Source: an uncultured Candidatus Izemoplasmatales bacterium
Lineage (GTDB): Bacteria; Bacillota_I; Bacilli_A; Izemoplasmatales; Izemoplasmataceae
Direction: 5' to 3'
Length of the DNA: 44,739 nucleotides
Assembly: GCA_964479895.1 (NCBI GenBank)
Contig: CAYZOR010000002.1
Span: forward strand, 1 to 44,739
The notes under the pieces: model-generated
Database searches by the model: none
What the model saw: only the letters and a program-made list of their open reading frames with translations
What the model was told of the DNA's origin: nothing
In this document: positions 1-9,234 of the stretch, piece by piece
How the letters are laid out: every line of letters begins with the position of its first letter
How positions within the stretch are numbered: position 1 is the stretch's first letter
Made by a program: the position numbers and the translations under genes

Positions 1-1065
1 GGGGTTAATGAAGTATTAGGCTTAAATGTTGATATTATCACAGATACAACGGTGATTGACGTTTTAAAAGAAAACGGAACGTTTGAATTAAAAGTGATTA
101 ACACATTAAAAGGAGAGCACAGTATCCAATCAACCAGTGTGATTATAAGCAGTGGATGTTATGAAAGAACACGCGGGGCGATCCAATTACCAGGAGACCG
201 CCCAGCAGGCATTATGCCTGCAGGAAGTGCCCAAAGATATTTGAATATGGAAGGCTATATGGTTGGTAAAAAAGTCTTTATCTTAGGAAGCGGAGACATT
301 GGGCTTATCATGGCAAGACGAATGAAATTAGAAGGCGCAGACGTTTTAGGCGTTGCGGAGTTAATGCCCCATTCCAATGGCTTAACCCGTAATATTGTCC
401 AGTGTCTACACGATTTTGATATTCCTTTATTCTTATCACACACCATTAGTGATATTAAAGGCAAAGATGTCTTAGAAAGTCTTACCATTAGTGAAGTGGA
501 TGAAAACTTTGAATATATCGATGGCACTGAAAAAACTTTCGAAGTGGATACACTTTTATTATCGGTTGGGTTAATTCCTGATATTAATATGTTTGATTCA
601 TTAAAGTTTGATGTCTCGAAAAAGACTGGCGGGGCGATTGTTGATCAAACGTATCAAACAAGTGTCGAAGGTTTGTTTGCCTGTGGAAATGCGCTTCATG
701 TTCATGATTTAGTAGACTTTGTGACTGAAGAATCTACTAAGGCGGGTGCCCAAGCCAAAGCATACATTTTAAATAGTAAAAAGCGTTCTAATAACATGAT
801 TTCAGTTACCCCTTCAAGCAATGTTTCATACTTACTGCCACAAACCCTCGATATGGATGATGATTTTGAAGAGGTTATCTTATCATTGCGTACGACAACC
901 AATGCGATGAGTGGAAAATTCCATATCTATCAAGGGGAAAACTTATTATTCACTAAAAAGGCAAGATTTGTGGTTCCTGCTGAGATGGAAAAATTATCAA
1001 TTAAAAAAGAAATGTTAAAATATAAAGGACCAATAACGGTTCAATTTGAGGTGGTGAATGTATGA
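1..1065 (+). CDS. NAD(P)/FAD-dependent pyridine-nucleotide-disulfide-type oxidoreductase (5' end lies outside the window)
   Basis: Frame 1 is open from nt 1 (GVNEVLGLNVDIITDTT precedes the GTG at 52), so the gene begins upstream of the window. It has the dinucleotide-binding motif VFILGSGDIGLIMA and the C-terminal flavin motif FACGNALHVHDLVD. Its stop overlaps the next start (ATGA at 1062-1065). Pairing with a DUF1667-type Cys-rich protein is typical of glycerol-3-phosphate-dehydrogenase-like clusters of Firmicutes. Confidence 0.75.
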   Translation, partial: GVNEVLGLNVDIITDTTVIDVLKENGTFELKVINTLKGEHSIQSTSVIISSGCYERTRGAIQLPGDRPAGIMPAGSAQRYLNMEGYMVGKKVFILGSGDIGLIMARRMKLEGADVLGVAELMPHSNGLTRNIVQCLHDFDIPLFLSHTISDIKGKDVLESLTISEVDENFEYIDGTEKTFEVDTLLLSVGLIPDINMFDSLKFDVSKKTGGAIVDQTYQTSVEGLFACGNALHVHDLVDFVTEESTKAGAQAKAYILNSKKRSNNMISVTPSSNVSYLLPQTLDMDDDFEEVILSLRTTTNAMSGKFHIYQGENLLFTKKARFVVPAEMEKLSIKKEMLKYKGPITVQFEVVNV

Positions 1066-1412
1066 AAAAAGATATGATTTGTATTGTTTGTCCGGTAGGC
1101 TGTCACGTCAGCATTGATACGGAAAGTCATGAAGTGACCAACAATAAATGTAAACGCGGAGAACGCTATGCCCAAAAAGAACTATTAAATCCGACACGCA
1201 TGGTCACTTCAACTGTGAGCATTAATTCAATCCACCAAAGAAGAATTCCTGTTAAAACAACCGATGCCATTCCAAAAGATAAAATCTTTGATCTGATGGA
1301 TATGTTAGAAAGTGTACGTTTAGAAGTTCCTTTTAAAATGAATGATGTCGTGATTGACAATGTTTTTGATACCGGTGTAGATATTGTTGCGACGATGTCT
1401 TTAAATGAGTAA
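1062..1412 (+). CDS. DUF1667-type small Cys-rich protein (partner of the upstream oxidoreductase)
   Basis: 116 aa with an N-terminal Cys cluster (CIVCPVGCHV...NNKCKRGERY). The ATGA start/stop overlap implies translational coupling. A strong terminator follows. Confidence 0.7.
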   Translation: MKKDMICIVCPVGCHVSIDTESHEVTNNKCKRGERYAQKELLNPTRMVTSTVSINSIHQRRIPVKTTDAIPKDKIFDLMDMLESVRLEVPFKMNDVVIDNVFDTGVDIVATMSLNE

Positions 1413-1416
1413 GGAT

Positions 1417-1447
1417 TAGAGTAGACAATTTTTGTCTACTCTATTTT
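1417..1447 (+). terminator. Rho-independent terminator
   Basis: Perfect 11-bp stem TAGAGTAGACA / TGTCTACTCTA with a 5-nt loop, followed by TTTT. Confidence 0.85.
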
Positions 1448-1517
1448 CATAAAAGCGATTTAACCATGAAAAAATAAGCGCTCTATGATATATTAATAAG
1501 TGATATGGAGTGGTTAG

Positions 1518-2150
1518 ATGTTTATACAACACAGTCAAAAAACAACGTACGAAAAAGTGGTTGATTATTTATGGGTCACCCTAATATTTTTAGGGGTTAG
1601 TGTCGCAACTTTATTTATTGGAACAGGCGCAGCATTAAGTGCTGCATTCATCACGGTATATAAGATGCAAACAGATATTGTCGAAGAAAGCATCTTAAAC
1701 ACCTTTAAAAAGCAACTTAAATTAACCTTTATCCCTTCGGTTTTAACGTTTATTGGGATAATGGTTATATTTGGCGGAGGGCTCTATATTACATTAACAA
1801 TCATCCCTGATGATTATCCTTTGCGTTTGGTGTTGCTTATTTTAGTATTGGTGTATGGTGCTTTATTTTTACAATATGCGTTTCCGATTGTGTCGGTATT
1901 TAAACATAGTGGGCCGATTCATTTAATCAAAAACACGCTTCTTTTAATGCATCTTCACCCAATTACGTCGTTTTTATTATTAATGAATGCACTGACGTTT
2001 TATGTGATGGTTTTTATACTGCATCCTATATTAATTTATTTGGCATTCATGTTTGTTTTTTACATGCAAGGGAAAATTTTTCAACCAATCTTAAAAATCT
2101 ATGTAAAACGGATTGCTGAAAAAGAAGATAAAGCACCAATAATCGAATAA
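1518..2150 (+). CDS. Polytopic membrane protein, DUF624/YesL-like
   Basis: 210 aa with 5-6 hydrophobic helices. SD GGAGTGG lies 4 nt upstream of the ATG. The layout resembles ORF 17670..18275 in this window. Confidence 0.6.
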   Translation: MFIQHSQKTTYEKVVDYLWVTLIFLGVSVATLFIGTGAALSAAFITVYKMQTDIVEESILNTFKKQLKLTFIPSVLTFIGIMVIFGGGLYITLTIIPDDYPLRLVLLILVLVYGALFLQYAFPIVSVFKHSGPIHLIKNTLLLMHLHPITSFLLLMNALTFYVMVFILHPILIYLAFMFVFYMQGKIFQPILKIYVKRIAEKEDKAPIIE

Positions 2151-2164
2151 TGTGAGGGAAAAAT

Positions 2165-4129
2165 ATGTCTTATGAAAGTAAGTATTTTAAGCTTTTATCA
2201 CAAAAGTTTCCAAATGTTCAAAGTGCCGCAACCGAGTTGATTAACTTAAATGCAATTTTAAACTTACCTAAAGGAACCGAGCATTTTATCGCGGATATAC
2301 ATGGAGAATATGATGCGTTTAATCACTTTTTAAAAAACGCGAGTGGGATTTTAAAACAAAAAATTGAGTTAACGTTTAAAGATTTAGATGAAACCAATAA
2401 AAAACGGTTGGCTTTTTTCATTTATTATCCCCATGATATGATCAATAAATATCAAAAAGCGTGGGATAATGATGCGTTTGATTTACTCTTAAAAGACGTC
2501 TTAAATAGAATGATTATTTTAGCGCGTATTGTTGCGACTAAGTACACCAAAAGCCATGTAGGTAAAAATTTACCAGAAGAGTTTAAATATATTATCCAAG
2601 AATTACTCTATGAATCCAATAAACACGAAGATAAAAGACGCTATTATGATGCGATTATGGAAGCCATTTTTAAAACCGGCAGAGAGAAAAAACTGATCAT
2701 TGAACTCTCTCGCTTTATTAGACGCTTAGCCATTGATAGACTGCATATTGTTGGCGATATTTTTGACCGCGGGCCAAAACCCCATATGGTAATGGATAAA
2801 ATTATGCGTCAAAAGTTTGTTGATATTCAGTGGGGGAACCACGATATTATTTGGATGGGCGCTGCGAGTGGGTGCAGTGTATCAATAGCCAATGTCATAA
2901 GAATTGCGGCGCGGTATAATACACTTGATTGTTTAGAAGACGGGTATGGGATAAATTTAAGACCGTTATCTTCTTTGGCAAATAAACTTTATAAAAACGA
3001 TTCGTGTGAAGGATTTTATCCTAAAAACACAGAAGATAAAAATGCCTTGTTTGACCATCCAAAGTTTGTCGCAAGAATGCATAAAGCCATCAGCATCATT
3101 CAGTTTAAACTAGAAAAAACCTTGATTGATAACAACCCAGGCTTTGACCTTGAAAACCGCTTATTATTGGATTGTGTTGATTTTGAGAACAAAACGATTG
3201 AAGTCGATGGCATTACGTATGCTATTGATCATGCGTTTCCTACTGTCAATCAAAATAGTCCCTACGAGTTAACAGAAGAAGAAAATGTTGTCATCAAACA
3301 TTTACGTCAAATGTTTTTACATAACGAAACATTGCAAAATCATATTCGCTATATGTTTAGAAAAGGCTCAATCTATTTAAGAAGTAACGATGTATTATTA
3401 CTGCATGCTGGCATCGCGCTCAATGAAGATGGCAGTTTCCGTTCACAAACCATCGATGGAGAAAGCTATAGTGGAAAAGCCTTACTCGATAAATTTGAAC
3501 AAAAAATTAGAAACGCTTATTTAAATCGTTATGAAGTCAATAATCCCGAAAGAGATTACTTCGTTATTTTATGGCAATCACCAAATAGTCCTTTATTCGC
3601 AAAAGACAGAATGCGAACCTTTGAGCGTTATTTTATTAAAGATAAAACCCCACATAAAGAAACCATGAATCACTATTTTGAAAAAAGAGAAGATTCGAAC
3701 ATTTTAGACCGTATTTTCGAAGAGTTTTCGATTGATAAAACCCGCGGAAAAATCATTAACGGCCATGTGCCTTTAGACATAACCAAAGGCCATAAAGTCA
3801 TGCTTGCGGATAAAAGGATTTATCTTATTGATGGAGGCATGAGCAAGCAATATTCTAAACAAACCTCTATTGGAGGATATACCCTTATATCTGATTCCTA
3901 TGCGTTTTATCTAGTATCTCACGAACGCTTTTCAAACTACCAAAAATTAATTCGCGATGAAAAAGATATAATCAGTATCACTAGAAGCGAAGATATTAAC
4001 CACCGCAGAACCTATGTATATGACACAGATAAAGGCAAAACCATCCAAACTACAGTGGACGATTTAGCCAAACTCATTGACCTTTACCGTAGTGGTGCGT
4101 TAAAAGAAAAAGACTATAAACAAGACTAA
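2165..4129 (+). CDS. fbp: Fructose-1,6-bisphosphatase, class 3 (Firmicutes type)
   Basis: 654 aa, the size typical of class-3 FBPase. Metallophosphoesterase motifs are present: IADIHGEYD, HIVGDIFDRGPKP and WGNHD. SD GAGGGA lies upstream. Confidence 0.9.
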   Translation: MSYESKYFKLLSQKFPNVQSAATELINLNAILNLPKGTEHFIADIHGEYDAFNHFLKNASGILKQKIELTFKDLDETNKKRLAFFIYYPHDMINKYQKAWDNDAFDLLLKDVLNRMIILARIVATKYTKSHVGKNLPEEFKYIIQELLYESNKHEDKRRYYDAIMEAIFKTGREKKLIIELSRFIRRLAIDRLHIVGDIFDRGPKPHMVMDKIMRQKFVDIQWGNHDIIWMGAASGCSVSIANVIRIAARYNTLDCLEDGYGINLRPLSSLANKLYKNDSCEGFYPKNTEDKNALFDHPKFVARMHKAISIIQFKLEKTLIDNNPGFDLENRLLLDCVDFENKTIEVDGITYAIDHAFPTVNQNSPYELTEEENVVIKHLRQMFLHNETLQNHIRYMFRKGSIYLRSNDVLLLHAGIALNEDGSFRSQTIDGESYSGKALLDKFEQKIRNAYLNRYEVNNPERDYFVILWQSPNSPLFAKDRMRTFERYFIKDKTPHKETMNHYFEKREDSNILDRIFEEFSIDKTRGKIINGHVPLDITKGHKVMLADKRIYLIDGGMSKQYSKQTSIGGYTLISDSYAFYLVSHERFSNYQKLIRDEKDIISITRSEDINHRRTYVYDTDKGKTIQTTVDDLAKLIDLYRSGALKEKDYKQD

Positions 4130-4154
4130 AGCCCTTTATTGGGCTTTTTCTTTT
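4128..4154 (+). terminator. Rho-independent terminator after fbp
   Basis: Stem AAAGCCC / GGGCTTT with loop TTTATT, followed by a T-rich run (TTTTTCTTTT). Confidence 0.8.
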
Positions 4155-4236
4155 AATGGAAACGTTTAAACTAAACAAACCTGTTCTATGAATTTAATAC
4201 AGCTATTTAGAACTCTTACAAAAAAGTGCATATCAC

Positions 4237-4265
4237 GTGAAAACTTATAAACAGTAAGTTATCAT
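4237..4265 (+). promoter_or_regulatory. Candidate sigma-A promoter of the pdh operon
   Basis: -35 GTGAAA (4237-4242), a 17-nt spacer, then -10 TATCAT (4260-4265). The 8-bp palindrome TCACGTGA (4233-4240) overlaps the -35. Called from sequence pattern only. Confidence 0.3.
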
Positions 4266-4341
4266 GAAGCTGTCATATAGGTATGGCATTTTATTTTATC
4301 GCATATTAATTAGATTTTTTATAAATAAAAGGAGGAACATT

Positions 4342-5439
4342 ATGTTGTTCGAAAAATATGATCCACTCAAAAAAGAAATGTTTAACATTCTTGATAAGAA
4401 TGGAAAAGTTGTAAACAAAGACTTAGAACCAGATATTGACAAAGATACCTTAGTGCATATGTATAAAACAATGGCATTAGCAAGAACGGCCGATATTAAA
4501 GCCCTTCAGTATCAACGTCAAGGCCGTATGCTTACGTTCGCACCTGTTCAAGGTCAAGAGGCCTCACAAATTGGGCCGATGGCCGCATCTAAAAAAGAAG
4601 ATTGGTTGGTCCCGGCTTTCCGCGAGGCTGCCGCGATGCTTTATAAAGGTGCAACCCTTTACCAAAACTATCTCTATTGGTATGGAAACGAACTCGGTTC
4701 ACAGTACGATGAAGGGGTTAATATTATGCCCGTCAACGTCCCGATCGGTTCACAAATCAACCACGCTGCAGGCGTTGCCCATGCTGCGAAAATCCAGAAA
4801 AAAGACCACGCTGTTGTGACTTACATTGGAGATGGGGGAACCTCAAACGGTGAATTCCATGAAGGGGTCAACTGGGGCGGTGTTTACGATTTGCCTATGG
4901 TTACCATCATTCAAAATAATCAATATGCTATTTCAACGCCTCGTAAACAAGCAACCAAAGCAGAAACCCTTGCCCAAAAAGCAATTGCGTATGGAATTCC
5001 AGGCATCCAAGTCGATGGAAATGATGTTTTAGCGATGTATGTAGCGACTAAAGAAGCCTTAGAACGCGCTTATAAAGGGGAAGGGCCTACATTAATTGAA
5101 GCGGTCACTTACCGTTTAGGGCCCCATACAACGAGTGATGATCCTACCATTTATAGAAGCGATGAAGAAGTTGAAGAATGGAAAGAAAAAGATCCACTCA
5201 TTCGCTTCCGTCAATATTTAACGAATAAGAAATTATGGAATAAAGAAAAAGAAGAAGCCCTTCAAAAAGAACACAAGAAATTTGTAGCGGATACTTTCAA
5301 ACAAGTTGAAAAAGCTGAGTATCCAACCCTTGATGAAGTATTTGACTATACGTATGAAACCTTACCTTACGATTTGAAACGCCAAAAAGAAACGATTAGA
5401 AAATACCAAGAACAAGCTGAAAGTGAGGGGGATAAATAA
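4342..5439 (+). CDS. pdhA: Pyruvate (2-oxoacid) dehydrogenase E1 alpha subunit
   Basis: ThDP-binding motif GDGGTSNGEFHEG...IIQNNQYAIS. I chose the ATG at 4342 because AAGGAGG lies 6 nt upstream. The track start at 4264 adds an implausible N-terminal extension with no SD. Confidence 0.9.
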   Translation: MLFEKYDPLKKEMFNILDKNGKVVNKDLEPDIDKDTLVHMYKTMALARTADIKALQYQRQGRMLTFAPVQGQEASQIGPMAASKKEDWLVPAFREAAAMLYKGATLYQNYLYWYGNELGSQYDEGVNIMPVNVPIGSQINHAAGVAHAAKIQKKDHAVVTYIGDGGTSNGEFHEGVNWGGVYDLPMVTIIQNNQYAISTPRKQATKAETLAQKAIAYGIPGIQVDGNDVLAMYVATKEALERAYKGEGPTLIEAVTYRLGPHTTSDDPTIYRSDEEVEEWKEKDPLIRFRQYLTNKKLWNKEKEEALQKEHKKFVADTFKQVEKAEYPTLDEVFDYTYETLPYDLKRQKETIRKYQEQAESEGDK

Positions 5440-6422
5440 TGGCTACTTTAACCCTTTTAGGCGCAATTAATAACGCCTTAGACCAACAATTAGAAAATGA
5501 TAAATCCGTCGTAGTATTTGGAGAAGATGCTGGGTTTGAAGGCGGTGTGTTCCGCGTCACTCAAGGTCTCCAAAAGAAACACGGGAAAGACCGTGTCTTT
5601 GATACACCAATCAGTGAAGCTGGAATTATTGGAAGCTCAATTGGGATGGCTGCGAACGGGTTGAAACCTGTTGCGGAATTACAGTTCTCTGGATTCATGT
5701 TCCCAGGCTTTAACCAAATCGCTGTCCATGCTGCACGTATGCGCAACCGTTCGCGTGGAAAATACAGTGTTCCAATGGTTATAAGAATGCCTTATGGAGG
5801 TGGCGTTAGAGCGCTTGAACACCATTCAGAATCATTAGAAACGCTTTTCGCGCATATTCCCGGATTAAAATTAGTGATTCCTTCAACGCCTTACGATGCG
5901 AAAGGCTTAATGACTGCGGCAATTCAAGATCCAGACCCAGTGATTTTCTTTGAACCTAAGAAAATTTATCGTGCCTTTAAACAAGAAGTCCCTGAGGAAG
6001 AATACACCGTAGAAATTGGTAAAGCACGTACGGTTCAAGAAGGCTCAGACATCACCGTTGTTTCATGGGGTGCGATGTTGCACGAAACCATGAAAGCAGT
6101 TAAAGCGATTGAAGAAAAAGAAGATATTTCAGTTGAACTCATCGATCTTAGAACCATCGCACCAATGGATAGCGACCATGTCGTTGAATCCGTAAAAAAA
6201 ACCGGCCGATTATTGGTCGTTCACGAAGCGGTTAAAACATTAGGCATTGGGGCTGAATTAATCAGCCGTGTCAATGAAGGGGCATTCTTCCACTTAGAAG
6301 CTCAACCAACCAGGTTAACCGCACCAGATATTACCGTTCCACTGCCAAAAGGGGAACGTCACCATATCTTTGATCCAAAACGTATAGAACTAGAAATCAA
6401 AAAAGTCGCAACGTTCGAATAA
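5439..6422 (+). CDS. pdhB: Pyruvate (2-oxoacid) dehydrogenase E1 beta subunit
   Basis: Transketolase-like pyrimidine-binding region (ISEAGIIGSSIGMAANGLKPVAELQFSGF). TAATG overlap with pdhA. Confidence 0.9.
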   Translation: MATLTLLGAINNALDQQLENDKSVVVFGEDAGFEGGVFRVTQGLQKKHGKDRVFDTPISEAGIIGSSIGMAANGLKPVAELQFSGFMFPGFNQIAVHAARMRNRSRGKYSVPMVIRMPYGGGVRALEHHSESLETLFAHIPGLKLVIPSTPYDAKGLMTAAIQDPDPVIFFEPKKIYRAFKQEVPEEEYTVEIGKARTVQEGSDITVVSWGAMLHETMKAVKAIEEKEDISVELIDLRTIAPMDSDHVVESVKKTGRLLVVHEAVKTLGIGAELISRVNEGAFFHLEAQPTRLTAPDITVPLPKGERHHIFDPKRIELEIKKVATFE

Positions 6423-6435
6423 GGAGTGTTAGACA

Positions 6436-7773
6436 ATGATTAATTTTAAATTTGCGGACATCGGTGAAGGGATTCACGAAGGTGTCATATTAAAATGGAA
6501 CTATGAAGTCGGCGACCAAGTCGAAGAAGGCGAAACCATGGTCGTTGTAGAAACGGATAAAGTCAACGCTGAAATCCCTGTCCCTGAAGATGGTGTCCTT
6601 AAAAAAAGAGGCGCTGAAGTCGGTGAAACCATCCATGTAGGAGAAGTCATTGCGGTTATTGATGATGGCTCAGGGGAAGATGAAGGAGAAGAAGACTCTT
6701 CAAAAGAAGCCCCATCGGATGAAGAAGACGATGACGATGAAGAAGAAACCAAAACCGAATCAAAAGGTGAAAGTGGCGCATCTGTTGTTGGAAGCGTAGA
6801 AGTTTCTGATGATGTCTTGCCTTCGTCGGATGAACATACCACAAAATCAAGCAATCAAAACGCTAAAGGCAAAGCACTCGCAACGCCTGTTGCGCGTAAA
6901 ATGGCCAAAGATTTAGGGGTTGACATTAACACCTTAAAAGGTAGCGGTCCAAGTGGACGTGTTATGAAAGAAGACATTCAAAAAGCTGCTGAGTCAAAAG
7001 AACAGCCTTCTGAGCAACCAAAAACGTCTACGGGCGCGACGCAAGCAAGACCAAGCATGCCTAAGATTAAAGAAGAAGGCACCAGAAGAGAAAAAGTCTC
7101 TAAATTACGCGAAAGCATTGTTAAAGCGATGGACACATCGAATCAACTCATCCCAGCAACAACGATTATGGATGAATTTGATGTCAGTGAACTTGTTAAA
7201 TTTAGAAACGAACAAAAAAATCTTGCGGCAAACCATGACGCAAAACTGACCTATTTACCCCTCATATTAAAAGCGGTTATTTTAACCTTGAAAGAATACC
7301 CAATCTTTAATTCAAGTTTTGACCATGAAACCAATGAAATTATTTATAAAGATTTCGTTAACGTTGGGATTGCGGTCGATACACCTGATGGACTTATTGT
7401 TCCAAATATTAAAAATGCCGATCAATTATCCATCATCGAACTCGCTAGAGAAATTGAGCGATTATCTAAAGAGGCGAGAGATCGTAAGATTCAACTTTCT
7501 GACCTTCAAAATACAACATTCAGCGTCACCAACTATGGAGCGTTTGGCTCTAAATTAGGAACGCCAGTCATTAACCATCCTGAAGTTGCGATATTAGGCG
7601 TTGGCGCTATTTCGAAAAAACCACTTGTTATCGATGATGAAATTCAAGTGCGCTCAACCCTTCCGCTTTCACTAACAATTGACCACCGTATTATTGATGG
7701 TGGCGATGGGGGCCGTTTCATGGTAAAATTAAAAGAGTATTTAAGCGACCCAATGTTACTATTATTAAGCTAA
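6436..7773 (+). CDS. pdhC: Dihydrolipoamide acyltransferase E2
   Basis: One lipoyl domain with the lipoyl-Lys in ETDKVNAE (K42, nt 6559-6561). Subunit-binding domain ATPVARKMAKDLGVDINTLKGSGPSGRV. Catalytic motif DHRIIDG near the C-terminus. Confidence 0.9.
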   Translation: MINFKFADIGEGIHEGVILKWNYEVGDQVEEGETMVVVETDKVNAEIPVPEDGVLKKRGAEVGETIHVGEVIAVIDDGSGEDEGEEDSSKEAPSDEEDDDDEEETKTESKGESGASVVGSVEVSDDVLPSSDEHTTKSSNQNAKGKALATPVARKMAKDLGVDINTLKGSGPSGRVMKEDIQKAAESKEQPSEQPKTSTGATQARPSMPKIKEEGTRREKVSKLRESIVKAMDTSNQLIPATTIMDEFDVSELVKFRNEQKNLAANHDAKLTYLPLILKAVILTLKEYPIFNSSFDHETNEIIYKDFVNVGIAVDTPDGLIVPNIKNADQLSIIELAREIERLSKEARDRKIQLSDLQNTTFSVTNYGAFGSKLGTPVINHPEVAILGVGAISKKPLVIDDEIQVRSTLPLSLTIDHRIIDGGDGGRFMVKLKEYLSDPMLLLLS

Positions 7774-7786
7774 GGAGCGTGCAACC

Positions 7787-9166
7787 ATGAAATCATACGA
7801 CATTACATTAATCGGAAGTGGCCCTGGTGGGTATGTAGCCGCCATCAAAGCCGCACAACTCGGAAAGAAAGTCGCAATTGTTGAAAAAGATTCAATTGGA
7901 GGCGTGTGTTTAAACTGGGGATGTATCCCCACGAAAGCATTACTCTCTAGTGCCAAAGTGTATAAAAACTTTCAAAACGCAAAAGACTTTGGCATCGATG
8001 TAGAAAAGGACAGCTTTTCGGTAAACTTCAAAAAAATGATGCAACGTAAAAACAAAGTGGTTAAAAAATTAACCGGTGGCGTTGGCTATTTACTGAAGAA
8101 AAACGAAGTTGATGTCTACAATGGACTCGGTGAAGCGGTTGATTCAAACACCGTTAAAGTCGGCGATGAAACGTTTAAAACTGAAAAGTTAATCGTTGCG
8201 ACTGGCGCAAGCCCATTTGTTCCCCCTGTTGATGGATTAGAAAAAGGCTTAGACGATGATTCTGTTTTAACGGCTAAAACCATCCTTGATCTAAAAGAAC
8301 AACCGAAAAGTCTTACCATCATTGGCGGTGGCGTGATTGGGGTTGAATTTGCGACCATCTTTGCGACACTCGGTACAAAGGTAACCATCATCGAATTACA
8401 AGAAGATGTGTTGCTCCCAGTCGATGAAGAATTAAGAGAACCATTCAAAAAAGTCATGAAAAAACAAAAAATTAACGTCCTTACAAGTGCCCAAGCGAAA
8501 AAAGTTGATGGCGGAAAGCTCACCTATGTGTTAGACGGTAAAGAAGAAACCATAGCCGCCGATAAAATTTTACTCGCTACTGGAATGAAAGGGAACTTAA
8601 AAGGATTAGACGCTTTAAACTTAGCCACCGAAAAAGGCTTTATCAAAACCGATGAATATTTACGCACCAATGTAGATAATGTTTATGCCATTGGCGATGT
8701 CAACGGTAAAGAAATGCTTGCACATGTGGCGTCAAAAGAAGGGCTTACAGCAGTTGGTCATATCATTGATGGTGAGAAAACCCACCCAATGGATTATACC
8801 AAAGTGCCTTCAGGTATTTACACCTTCCCTGAAATCGCACAAGTTGGATTAACTGAAAAAGCTGCGAAGGAAAAAGGCATTGATATAAAAGTATCAACCT
8901 TCCCATTAAGCGCCAATGGAAAAGCACTTGCTGAAGGACAAAGTGTAGGACTCGTTAAAATGATCGCTGATAAAAAATACAACGAAATCATCGGCGTCCA
9001 CATTTTAAGTGATAATGCGACAGACTTAATCACAGAAGCCGTATTGGGTATGAACTTAGAAGCGACAGCTGAAGATTATGTCCACGCCATTCATCCCCAC
9101 CCAACCTTATCAGAAATGCTTCATGAAACCGCACACGGAATCATTGATAAACCAATCCATATTTAA
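7787..9166 (+). CDS. pdhD: Dihydrolipoyl dehydrogenase E3
   Basis: FAD motif GSGPGGY, redox-active disulfide GGVCLNWGCIPTK, NAD motif IIGGGVIGVEF, and C-terminal HPHPTLSE. Confidence 0.92.
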   Translation: MKSYDITLIGSGPGGYVAAIKAAQLGKKVAIVEKDSIGGVCLNWGCIPTKALLSSAKVYKNFQNAKDFGIDVEKDSFSVNFKKMMQRKNKVVKKLTGGVGYLLKKNEVDVYNGLGEAVDSNTVKVGDETFKTEKLIVATGASPFVPPVDGLEKGLDDDSVLTAKTILDLKEQPKSLTIIGGGVIGVEFATIFATLGTKVTIIELQEDVLLPVDEELREPFKKVMKKQKINVLTSAQAKKVDGGKLTYVLDGKEETIAADKILLATGMKGNLKGLDALNLATEKGFIKTDEYLRTNVDNVYAIGDVNGKEMLAHVASKEGLTAVGHIIDGEKTHPMDYTKVPSGIYTFPEIAQVGLTEKAAKEKGIDIKVSTFPLSANGKALAEGQSVGLVKMIADKKYNEIIGVHILSDNATDLITEAVLGMNLEATAEDYVHAIHPHPTLSEMLHETAHGIIDKPIHI

Positions 9167-9170
9167 ACGA

Positions 9171-9197
9171 AAGCATCCCATTTTGGGATGCTTTTTT
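9171..9197 (+). terminator. Rho-independent terminator of the pdh operon
   Basis: Stem AAGCATCCCA / TGGGATGCTT followed by TTTTT. Confidence 0.85.
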
Positions 9198-9200
9198 CAT

Positions 9201-9229
9201 AAAAAAAACCCTTGTTTTACCAAGGGTTT
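9201..9229 (-). terminator. Rho-independent terminator of lplA (minus strand)
   Basis: On the minus strand: AAACCCTT-GGTAAAAC-AAGGGTTT followed by TTTTT. It lies 6 nt past the lplA stop. Confidence 0.8.
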
Positions 9230-9234
9230 AAAGC

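Noticed and set aside
4155-4172. A cre (CcpA) site, AATGGAAACGTTTAAACT, between fbp and pdhA.
   Set aside because: It matches the WWTGNAARCGNWWWCAWW consensus except at two positions, one of which is the conserved C. It sits in the T-rich tail of the fbp terminator, about 185 nt from pdhA, and the AACGTT core is common in AT-rich DNA. It is not supportable without knowing that CcpA exists in this genome and that the site is conserved.
4264-4341. N-terminal extensions implied by the ORF-track starts at 4264, 12389, 14037, 16073, 20409, 28388 and 38072.
   Set aside because: In each case an internal ATG has a strong Shine-Dalgarno at the correct spacing and begins the conserved part of the protein. 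The extensions run through terminators or promoters (for example 16073 lies in the htpG terminator and 14037 in the hairpin/promoter region).
6501-6854. Long antisense ORFs in the track: 6501-6854 and 6656-6850 opposite pdhC, 8116-8523 opposite pdhD, and 32359-32805 and 34678-34863 opposite the ABC ATPase domains.
   Set aside because: Each lies entirely inside a well-supported gene on the other strand and has no SD. Their translations are the typical mirror-image products of GAA/GAT-rich or ABC-motif coding DNA, for example FPVGSSAII...RCFSPP opposite LSGG...DEPTGN. They are codon-bias artefacts, not genes.
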